A program made the translations under genes and the position numbers. 64,000 nt of DNA, taken from contig OX597820.1 in NCBI GenBank assembly GCA_951406725.2, forward strand, positions 58,032,001 through 58,096,000, in the 5' to 3' direction. The notes below the pieces were generated by a model, which saw nothing but the letters and a program-made list of their open reading frames with translations, was not told where the DNA came from and made no database searches. Below, piece by piece: positions 53,376 to 64,000 of the stretch. The stretch's first letter is position 1, and the number at the start of each line of letters is the position of its first letter. The stretch is from Octopus vulgaris (taxonomy: Eukaryota).

Positions 53376-53421
53376 GACACTTGATGAGACGATAATAACT
53401 CGTCGAGACTAGTCAAACTGT
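53376..53421 (+). ncRNA. Decayed hammerhead-like motif
   Basis: TTGATGA-GACGA-taataac-TCGTC-GAGAC-TA-GTC: perfect 5-bp stem II, palindromic ACTAGT, two core substitutions. Confidence 0.55.
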
Positions 53422-53871
53422 TTTGCTATTCGGCTTGAAGAGAAACCTGTGGTTTAATCACGAGATTTGTTTACACAGAGATGCTAAGTAACTGCGTTGT
53501 GAACATAAGTATATGAAATTATTTACAATATATTTCTCTCTGTATCTATGTCCTTTTTTAGTGTATTTTGAATTTTGTGTGCGTATGTGTTCTTAATTTT
53601 GTATATGTATTTTTACTTCTCCACTGCTGCTCTCATGTTCCCGTTTTTTTACACCTTTTCAAAAACCTGAAGATGTATCAGAGAAGAAGAAACTCGGAGA
53701 AGCATCGTAGTGAAGATTTCGTTTCAGATAAATGAATAAAACTCTCACACAAAAGTTGTTCCATTCAAACACACACACACACATGAAGGAAGAGTGGATT
53801 AAGGTTAGAAACCGGTTCTTTCTCTATTGGCAAGAAAGTTTGAAATAAACTGATTAATGACATACATACAT

Positions 53872-54925
53872 AAACAATGACGTAGACCGTCTCTACCTAA
53901 AACGAAAGCAAGGTGGCAGAGGCTTAACATCGATCTAAAATGTCTTTGAATGTCACATCATATCCCTTCAGCAACATCTTTTAACCACCAAGTGTCGACA
54001 TGTATCCCTTGACCAAGTTTGCATACATGAGGTTGATAACATCATAAGACTTGGAAGTCAGCGCCTTGAGCAATACTAGAATATATGCCCAAAGAACCTA
54101 GAATACATGCCCAAAGAAGTTGCACGACTCTACCGCAACGTATCAGCAGATGGAAAGATGAGCCCATATGAGCAGAAGACTATCCGTGATGATAGTAACA
54201 TCGATCATCAAAGCAATTTTATCATGGATGAATAACCGGATTACTACCTCCAACTTTGAAGGCTATGCATTTGCAATCCAGGAACAGGAAATATCAACCA
54301 AGTACCTGATGCACAAAAGGTATAGAGATGCAGGAAACTCCGTAAAATGTGACAACCGATGCAGGCTTTGTGGAATTCACACTGAAGATATCACCCACAT
54401 CATAAGCAATTGTCCTATAATGTCATCACGGTATTATCTACCAGTGAGATATGATGTTGTAACTAGGACATCCTATAATGAAATCCCTTGAAAGGATAAT
54501 CCCAAGGACAAAGAAATAAGACCCCACAACAAGTTTGAAGCCATAGCTATTCATAATAAAAAGGAATAGTGATGGAATGTACCAGTGAAGACTTCAATAA
54601 AATGTAAGAACAACAGACCAGATATAGTGAATTGGGATAGGGAAGAGAAATTGTGCACAGTTGTGTAAATTAGCTGCCCAGCGGATGTTAACATGAAGCT
54701 GAAAATCAGAGTAAGAGAGAATACCTACGCTGAACTATTGAGAAATTAGGCTTCCCAAAACCAGAAAGGAGAAAGCTAATTCGAAGGCTACAGATCCAAA
54801 CCATCACTGTCACTGTAAGAATTTGTAAAACTTTCCAAAAGTTTATCATTTAAATATACATGATCATGTCTAGATATGCAACCATATGCATGAGAATACA
54901 TACATAAAACATACAAATCTGCACA
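53872..54925 (+). mobile_element. 5'-truncated RLE-type LINE in (CATA)n (same family as 42406)
   Basis: DVDRLYLKRKQGGRGL; ORF 54168-54491 has EGYAFAIQEQEISTK..CRLCGIHTEDITHIISNC..RYD; NRPDIV.WD. Confidence 0.9.
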
Positions 54926-55071
54926 TACATACATACATACATACATACATACATACATACATACATACATACATACATACATACATGCATGCATACATAC
55001 ATACATACATACATACATACATACATACATACATACATACATACATACATGCATACATACATAAATATGTA

Positions 55072-55597
55072 TGGTGGAAACCATAGCCACTTATAATAAA
55101 AAGGCCTGCAGGTGGAACGTCCCAGTGAAGACCTCAATAAAATGTAAAATTGACCTCATATAATGATTTGGGATAGAGAAGAGAAATCAACAGTTAATCT
55201 ACCCAGATTACAAGTTCAGGTTTATACCTGTAATTATTGGGGCCCTAGGGTATGCAACACACTACCTAAATACCAATCTTGAGAAATTAGACCTCTCAAG
55301 ACCAGAAAGGAATAAGCTGATTCAACGACTACATATCGAATCCATCACTGGAACTGAAAAATCTGTAAAACTCTTCAGAAGTTTATCATTTAAAATATAT
55401 ATGAGCATGTCTACACATGCACCTATATACATGAGAATACATACATAAAACAAAGCATACAAATCTGCACGTATACAAACATACATACAAAAATATGTTG
55501 TTGATGTTGAAATTCACGTGAAGGATCATTGGCTCTAGGTTTGAAACGGGCTCTTTCTTTATTGGCAAGAAATTTTGAAATAAAATTGAATAATGAT
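55072..55597 (+). mobile_element. Third 3' fragment of the (CATA)n-associated RLE LINE
   Basis: Collinear with 42875-43496 (FRFIPVIIGALG plus UTR). Confidence 0.88.
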
Positions 55598-55719
55598 ATA
55601 CATACATGCATACATTCATACATACATACATACATACATACATACATACATACATGCATGCATGCATACATACATACATACATACATACGAACATACATA
55701 CGTACGTACATACATACAT

Positions 55720-57140
55720 AACAGAAGAACGTCAAAATTTGTGAACGCCTTACAAGTGATTTAGGGTGATATGTTTCAACGACCTTAATTTGAATGACAA
55801 GCCATATAATACCAGTATAAGCAAAGGACCCAGTAAATTAGAATCAGAGGCAGTAAACGAAAGAGCAATCGAATATCTGAAGACCACACAGTCCAGAGGT
55901 ATAAAAACAACATACAAAACCATTAATCTTTTGATATTCGTCTCAAATATTACTTTACTAGTGCATCGTAAAGAGGTAGAGCAGAAAGCCTGAACCAGCA
56001 TGGGTATGTAACTCAAAGAAGTAAGTTTTATTCATGCGAAAAAGTACCTCACAGGTCATTGTATCTATGAAATGTAACACTGAGAAAACTTCACACGACA
56101 TCAGAAAGACCTCAGAAAAAAAAATAGAGAGGGATTTTGGTGATACAGGATTCAAAAACCTAAACTTCAAACAGCGCCAGTTGAAACAAGTCACAACTAC
56201 TGCAGTAAAACTAAAATATAAATGTACAACATATAAGCGACAAATGCTCGACAAATTATTTGCCAAAGATCCCAAGTCAGTTTATCGCAGCATTAATCTC
56301 TGTAAAAGACATCCTCACATATAAGGGGATGCTGGAAGGCATGGTTGAAGCCCAACTTTCCTTGTTCTTTGACAGGGCTTAGAAAAATTGAAGGACCGCT
56401 GCAATAAGTGCGTAAATCTGAGAAAAGAATACGTTGGATAAAATCATAATAAACTGATCCTCTTGTATTTTCTGTTACCCAAAGCCAGGAACTTTTCAGT
56501 ACCTCTTCGTAAGATCAGTTTGAGGTATACTGAAGATCTGTATGGGAAACAAATGATGAATTCAATGAACAAGCTGTATAGCTAAAATAACTGGAGCAAG
56601 GTTACTACCAGCATGTCAAGCAAAAGAGTAGAAAAAGAGTAATATGAATTAGATGGCGAAATACTGAAAACACTTCCACAGAAAATGTTAAATAGAAAAT
56701 TCCCAAGCTCTGACCTTTAATCGGTGAGATCTCAAACGACTTCATGGAGAAATTATCAATGATACACAAGAACTTCCCCAATAGTTACCAACTAAAACTA
56801 ATCTCCTTGTCACCCAAAATAGCCAAGCCACCATTGCTAAAAAATTACCGCTCAATAGACTGTCATAACATCATGTACAAATTATGCACCGAGCGCCTCA
56901 ATCTGTTCTTGCAGGATCATGGTTCCACCAATATTATAGCATCTGAGCATGCTGGTGGAAAGAAGGAGTTCTGGAATGTATGCAACAGCTACTAATTAAC
57001 AAAATGTTCCAGGAAGAAATAGAAAAAAGCCGCATGAACTTAACCGTAGTATAGCTGGACAACTAGAATGCTTTTCATAGTATCCCACTTGAGTAGATTG
57101 TCAAGATTTTAAAGTTAACCAAAGTCCCACAAATACTAAT
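55720..57140 (+). mobile_element. Upstream/RT-region remnant of an R4/Dong-like LINE
   Basis: LFAKDPKSVYR, NYRSIDCHNIMYKLCT, EHAGGKK, QLLINK, LD..NAFHSIP: decayed RT domains 0-3. Confidence 0.75.
56320..56511. mobile_element. Mariner-derived MITE inserted in the LINE remnant
   Basis: Right TIR aaagccaggaacttttcagtacctcttcgta; homologous to 58079-58284. Confidence 0.75.
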
Positions 57141-57227
57141 GAGTGCGATTTCACGCCTGATAAGACTTGGTGCATCAATTTATTGTAAAAAGGAACAAAC
57201 TGAGTCGGATTTCTGCAGATGTTCTTT

Positions 57228-57366
57228 ATGTAAGTGTTATTTATGTTCACCATTGTTCAGTGAATGTACGTGCTATAACTCGTTTTTTATATGTAGTTAT
57301 TGCATTTCATACCAATTCCTATGATGTATGTTCTAGTTCTTCATTCATTGATATTAACTACCATTC
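57228..57366 (+). repeat. Dispersed direct repeat, copy 1 (copy 2 at 58623-58762)
   Basis: aagtgttatttatgttca..tataactcg..tcattgatattaactac shared, with scattered mismatches. Confidence 0.85.
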
Positions 57367-57601
57367 ACTAGCAAAATGTATCTTTCACAATTTTGCTACC
57401 GAGTTGGTGGCTTGTCAGAATTTATTCTGAATTAAAAAGAGGAAGAGAAAATACATACATGCATGCATACATACATACATACATACATACATACATACAT
57501 ACATACATACATACATACATACATACATGCATACATACATTTGTGTGTGCGTGTATGGTATGTATGTATGTATGTATGTATGTATGTATGTATGTATTAT
57601 G

Positions 57602-57635
<34 letters not shown>

Positions 57636-58078
57636 TGTATGTATGTATGTATGTATGTATGTATGATGTATTTATGCATGCATATATGAAGATAAATTGG
57701 CAGTGTTAGAAATTCGCACAGAATGTCTTCAGTTATTTTTTCCGACTCTGTTCGATGAGTTCAAATTCTATCAACATCTACTTTGCCCTTTATTTTTCCC
57801 GTGGTCGATAAAAAGCAATAAATAATTTAGGAACTGGAGAAATTTTAAGAAACTTCCGCTATATGCTCTGGCTATCTGCCTTATGAGTTCCAATTTCCAA
57901 CTTACTGGTTATTGGGAAGCGTTGGTATTGAATCCAATGCAGAAATAAGGAGAGATGACTTATGAAACTCTAACGGACTTAGAAAATACTAGGGTTTAAA
58001 AGAACCCTTTGCATCTAAACTTTAACTAGAGGAAGAGAAAAATACTAATATGCACACTCACACACATGCGCGCATACA

Positions 58079-58284
58079 TACAAGGGGGTACTAAAAACTC
58101 CTGGCTTTAAAGCCATCGCGAAATGCCTGGCTGGAGGCCAAACCTTCCCAGTTCTTTTACAGGGCTTAGGAAAACAAGCGTGTGAACCTGAGAGATAAAA
58201 GGAGAATATTTTGAATAAAATCATAATTGATTCTCCTATATTTTCTTTTACCCAAATCCAGCAAGTTTTCAGCACCCCGTCGTG
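58079..58284. mobile_element. Mariner-derived MITE (~205 bp)
   Basis: Imperfect TIRs tacaagggggtactaaaaactcctggcttt / aaatccagcaagttttcagcaccccgtcgtg. Confidence 0.8.
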
Positions 58285-59091
58285 CATGACATAGTTTCCC
58301 TCTACCAGGTTCCATTCACGGACGTTGAAGAACTCGAAGCTGCAATAGAGCATACTTATCCAAAACGCTGTTTAGTGGAATTGAACAGCTTAACAGATAT
58401 GCCTAAGTTTGTAAAGTGCTTACAATATATTGCTCATTATTCTTTGTTTCGTCGATTAAATATGCATTTTAATGTGTAAATATCGATATAATCTGATATT
58501 TCATGCAGCGGTTTAATTTACAGCTTTACATTTCAGTCGTTTGATCTTTTTATGCTTGTGTGTGAAATGCAAATATAATTTCAAAAGAGAGAAATAATAA
58601 AAGTATAAAAACGTTTTTTTCTATGGAAGTGTTATTTATGTTCAACATTGTACTGTGAATATACGTGTTATAACTCGCTTTTTATATGTAATTAATGCAT
58701 TTCACGTCAATTTCTATGATGTCTGTCCAAGCTCTTCAATCATTGATATTAACTACTCATTCTGTTAAAGTCTATGTCAATGGGAAATAAACCTAAACAG
58801 CGAATGACGTAATACAAAGTCGTGTACGATGTAAACCTCATCAATGTGCAACGTAATTTCGGAACGAGTATCACAAGATCGGCTCTTTGAACAGCAGGTA
58901 TATTTCATCTGAAGAGTTTTCGCATAACTTTCTTTATACCAAATTATGGTTTATAGGTAGAACCGAGGTTGTAGTAGAAGATAATTACTCAAGGTGCTGT
59001 GTACTGACGTTAAACCCACAACTATATTCAAGCGAATCGTACTTCCAAACCAAACGGCACAGCCACTTCGCCTTATTAAAATATTACTATA

Positions 59092-59132
<41 letters not shown>

Positions 59133-59473
59133 GTGACACCCTCAGACATACATACACACATAATATTTCGCTTAGGTATAGCGATACTGCTAACCGGGAT
59201 TTCGAAGTCAATATATTTATGCTTCAGACAAAAGCCTTTTGTCGAGTACAGAGCGTAATAGATGATAAACTAACAAAGGAACAATCAATTATGTAATGAA
59301 CGACATTAAGCATGGCAGAAACACCTGTAAGCAAATCCATGGTTTCTTTGTCCTTTATATAATCTCTTGTGTGTGTGTCTGTGCGCGTGTGTGTGTGTAT
59401 TCATATATATATATGTATATATATCACCGTGATTACCGTGACCAATCAGGCTATATTGCTTCAAATGACGCCA

Positions 59474-60040
59474 CGGAGATTGCCGGAGTTTGCCGGAGAT
59501 TGCCGGAGTTTGCCGGAGATTGCCGGAGTTTGCCGGAGATTGCCGGAGTTTGCCGGAGATTGCCGGAGTTTGCCGGAGATTACCGGCAATCTCCGGCAAA
59601 CTCCGGCAATCTCTGGCAAACACCGGCAATCCCCAGCAAATTCTGCCAGTTTCCGGCAAGCTCCGCCAATCTCACACTATCTCCGCCTATCTCACTACAT
59701 CTCCGCCTATATCCGCCTATCTCACTCTATCTCTGCCTATCTCCGACTATCTCGCTCTATCTCCGCCTATCACACTCTATCATTCTCTCTCCAAGGTGTT
59801 TTAACACCCAGCATTATTGGGAAATCTCCCTAAATGCTATTCCGCCTATCTCCGCCAATCTCCTCCAATCTCCCCTAATCTCCGCCAGTCTCCGCCTATC
59901 TTCGCCTCTCTCTGCCTATCTCACTCTATCTCACTCTATCTCCGCCATTTCCGCGTATCTCACTCCATCTCCGCCTATCTCCGCCAATCTCCGCCTATCT
60001 CCGCCTATCTCTGCCAAACTCCGCCAAACTCCGCCAATCT
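59474..60040. repeat. 10-bp-unit minisatellite with an internal orientation switch
   Basis: (GGAGATTGCC/GGAGTTTGCC)n, then the reverse-complement units from 59585, decaying into (CTCCGCCTAT)n. Confidence 0.93.
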
Positions 60041-60042
60041 CA

Positions 60043-60135
<93 letters not shown>

Positions 60136-60155
60136 TATATACATATATATATGTA

Positions 60156-60209
<54 letters not shown>

Positions 60210-60827
60210 CGAATGTATGTATGCATGTATCTATGTATGTATGTATGTATGTATGTATGTATAGATAGATGGATAGATAGATAGATACATACATACATAC
60301 ATACATTCATACATACATGCATACATACATACACACGCATATGCGCACATGCATATACATACACCATACAAAAAAATACTACATATAAATGATGCCAACA
60401 CGCTTTCTAAAAAATCTTTTCTCCTCTTTCGTTTCGGGTGAGGGTGGTGGGTAATACTAGAGGAAGATGGAGAAGGTGAAAAGGGCATTTGTCTTGGAGG
60501 TTAGTCTACAGCAACAAAAACTATATACATTTACTTTTAAACAAGAAACTGCTGGAGGGTGTCATGTAAGATTTCTGAGTGAAAACCTAGGTTTTAATCT
60601 TCAATCAGAACCAGCCAAACAGGAAATGGAGCGGACTGGAATGTCGAAGTGTAAATATATGTTCAACTTCTTTAAAAGTTAAACTTGATGCTTCCAGCTA
60701 TGGTAGACATTCGAGTAGTTTATTTATACAAATATCTCAGTATATATTGCAAGTATAACCCATTTGTGTATGCATGTATACATGTATGTTTGTATATAGC
60801 TAGGTAGAGAGAGGGTGTAGGTACTTA

Positions 60828-61430
<603 letters not shown>

Positions 61431-61890
61431 CAGTATTATCTACGCTTAAAGGTATCAACGTGGCTAGCCTCTCAAGGAAAGTTGAACATTTCAACTACAT
61501 GGATGTCTTTCGAATCTTCTGTACCACAGTTTCACTTCTTGCGGTATCGGTTTATTAAGTTAATGCCTGTTATTTAAATTGCAAGCATCAGGTTCAGTTA
61601 CTTATTTCTGAAGTAGTTACTAAGGCTCAAATTCTTACGGAGTTCTATAGACGCTTATATGAATTTAAGGAGGGTGAATGCCAAAGTAAACGTCAGCTTC
61701 ATTTAAACTCAGAACGTGAAGGGCCTTTGTATCACAAAAAACATTTTAATGGTGATATACCAATTCTGACGATAATTCGCCGTATAGTTCCAAGCCTGAC
61801 ATTGATCGTCTTATCTTTGCTCAGAGCGGTTTTAGTGATATAACATTCTCAATGCCTAGTTATTTATAGCACTTATTTAGGTGGTACAGG

Positions 61891-61948
<58 letters not shown>

Positions 61949-61983
61949 GGGGGGGCAGACAGACAGAGTGACTGACTGACTGC

Positions 61984-62040
<57 letters not shown>

Positions 62041-62298
62041 TTTCATCTGCTCACGTGATCGTCCAGACTATCGGTTGCAATGTGCTTTGGATCATTTTAC
62101 CTTTTGAATAATGGTCGCCCCGTTGGTTCGGCGAGCAGACCAACAACCATCCTAATAGGAAGGCTAGTATGTCACGAGTTTTTACTCGTTTAGAGCTGAG
62201 AGGACTAGAGCAACGTGGAATTAAATGTCTTGCTCAAGGACACAACGCGCAGCCGCTCTGGAAATCGAAACATACACATAACCATTAAGACATGCGCC

Positions 62299-62378
<80 letters not shown>

Positions 62379-62399
62379 GGTGTGTGTGTGTATTCATTA

Positions 62400-62716
62400 C
62401 AGATATAGGATGAAATATAATTAATTTAATAAAATCAACAAATTTCACCTAGTAGTATTTCGGTATGGAAAAGGACCATATTCGGTAAAAATTTATATAA
62501 TTATAATAATAAGGGTTTTTTGCAACAAGCTGCTTAAACCACATACCGAAAATATTAGAAATAGCAGCCAAAAACTACTATTTCTTTTAACATGTTGTCT
62601 GTGGAGACTTATTTTTGTAGTAAAAGAAATAGTAGTTTTTTGACTGCTATTTCTAATATTTTCGGTATGTGCTTTAAGCAACTTGTTGCCAAAAACCCTT
62701 ATTGTTATAATTATAT
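62400..62716. mobile_element. AT-rich element with ~95-bp inverted arms (62494-62589 / 62621-62716), probably Penelope-like or a MITE
   Basis: cacataccgaaaatattagaaatagcag..ctactatttctttta is mirrored after a 31-bp spacer. Confidence 0.7.
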
Positions 62717-62745
62717 ATATATATATATTTATATGTCCTGACTAT

Positions 62746-62808
62746 GCTTGCACTGACGAGTAAAAAGTGCATTTTGTGCACTAATTATGAAATCATATGA
62801 TCTGCAGC
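62746..62808 (+). ncRNA. Type-I hammerhead ribozyme with complete core
   Basis: TGCA-CTGACGA(62753-59)-GTAA..AGTGCA/TGCACT..TTAT-GAAA(62789-92)-TCATATGA-TC-TGCA; predicted cut after C62802 (AUC). Confidence 0.78.
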
Positions 62809-64000
62809 TGAGTCTGTTTTTAGGATGCTAGCTTCGAGAGTTGCATTCCCTCGCGTTCGGTACAATGTGGTTATTATGGTAGTTTTGATTTTAAGAGTCC
62901 CTCCTAGCGTGAGGCATTTATGTATAGAAATGCCCTTAATATATATATATAAGTGCACCTCCCCCACACACACAGTGGAATGGAGGGAGAGAAAGTTAAT
63001 TGATTCAAAGGGATTCGGGAAAGCGTTATCACGCTCACGTACTAAATATAAGCATACCTTTCGGCTTAATTCCATTCTGATAACAGTAGAAAATTCTGCA
63101 ACAAAATGCAACTGTTTCTCAGCATTCAAGTATGAATCTTTAGATTAATCATAGGTAAATTATAGGCTATATTAGTGTCTCTCGCCTCTCTAGATGTAAG
63201 AACGTAGCTAGAGGATTGTTATAAAATACATGTAAGTAAATTTATTGCAAAAAGATCACAAACCGACTGCATTATTATAATATTCTTTGAAATAGTTATA
63301 AAAACGGAGACAGTCATTCTACTTTCAGTTCCAGGTATAATGATTGTCATAAGTTTTTTTTCCAAGTACAATGATTTCAGCAGCCATGACTTGGAAATTG
63401 AATCAAATGGCTTTTAGTTATAAAGCCATAATAACTCAAGATTTCTGAAACTTGTTCAACACATCGCCGCACCATTTTCTTTTCATGTATCAGATCTTCA
63501 GTCACTCTACATTTATACTTGCAATATTTTTGAAAGAAACGTTTGAGATAGCTTGTATATTCAAAATGTATAGTCAAGCAATGAGGCTATAATTTTCTGC
63601 TACGTTAGCGTTTTCAGTCTGGACTTAAGATCTGACCTTTCGGAGTTCTTTGACATACAACATTCAACTACGGTAGTAGTTCAATAATATTCTTAAGGCC
63701 GCAATTTACTCACATGCAGCATCTTTCAGAGATTTGGTTAAGAACCGCTAATTCTGTTCTTAACCAAATAAAAAAATTGTGAACATGTTTGAAGAGGACT
63801 GGTCCCTATCTACATTATGGTATAAAAAATTGAGATTTGATCCACTAGAAAAAACTTTACATCAAAATTTGTAGCAACGTTATAGGAGAGTAAGTAACGC
63901 CACCATTCAAGCTTAGATCTAAATAACTTGTTTATTTTAAAAGCAAAATATATTTATCTTAGATTGAATGATAGAAGAACACATAACGAATTTCATAGTT

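Noticed and set aside
59474-59640. CRISPR-like regular repeat
   Set aside because: Tandem units without unique spacers; eukaryotic context; no cas genes.
59296-60284. 322-aa ORF and overlapping repeat ORFs
   Set aside because: Open only because the 10-bp minisatellite and microsatellites lack stops in several frames.
63305-63392. Minus-strand hammerhead-like CTGCTGA...GAAAG
   Set aside because: Core altered at several positions and no convincing stem II.

Overview
AT-rich, repeat-saturated eukaryotic DNA. The SINE families and microsatellite load point to a cephalopod (octopus-like) genome, but that is an inference. I find no intact host protein-coding gene, rRNA, true tRNA or CRISPR array; almost all ORFs in the track are microsatellite translations, so the window is probably intergenic or a large intron. 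Contents: (1) several tRNA-derived SINE families, some in tandem arrays; (2) decayed DNA transposons: Tc1 (one with an apparent intron in the transposase), a full-length-sized mariner, mariner/pogo-type MITEs, and Chapaev-, hAT- and piggyBac-like remnants; (3) non-LTR retrotransposon fragments: RTE-like ends, one encoding three C2H2-type fingers, and RLE-type (R4/Dong-like) ends sitting in (CATA)n or (TAA)n tracts; (4) two copies of a probable solo LTR. The most notable signal is a set of about nine type-I hammerhead-ribozyme-like motifs in short elements of different sequence, many bounded by (TA)n and probably derived from Penelope-like elements. Three have a complete catalytic core: 62746-62808 and a mirror pair inside a 223-bp inverted repeat at 48995-49621. 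Also present are several long palindromes, a 10-bp minisatellite that flips orientation, and a ~2.7-kb decayed periodic region of unknown origin. All calls were made by eye; no database search or folding program was run.
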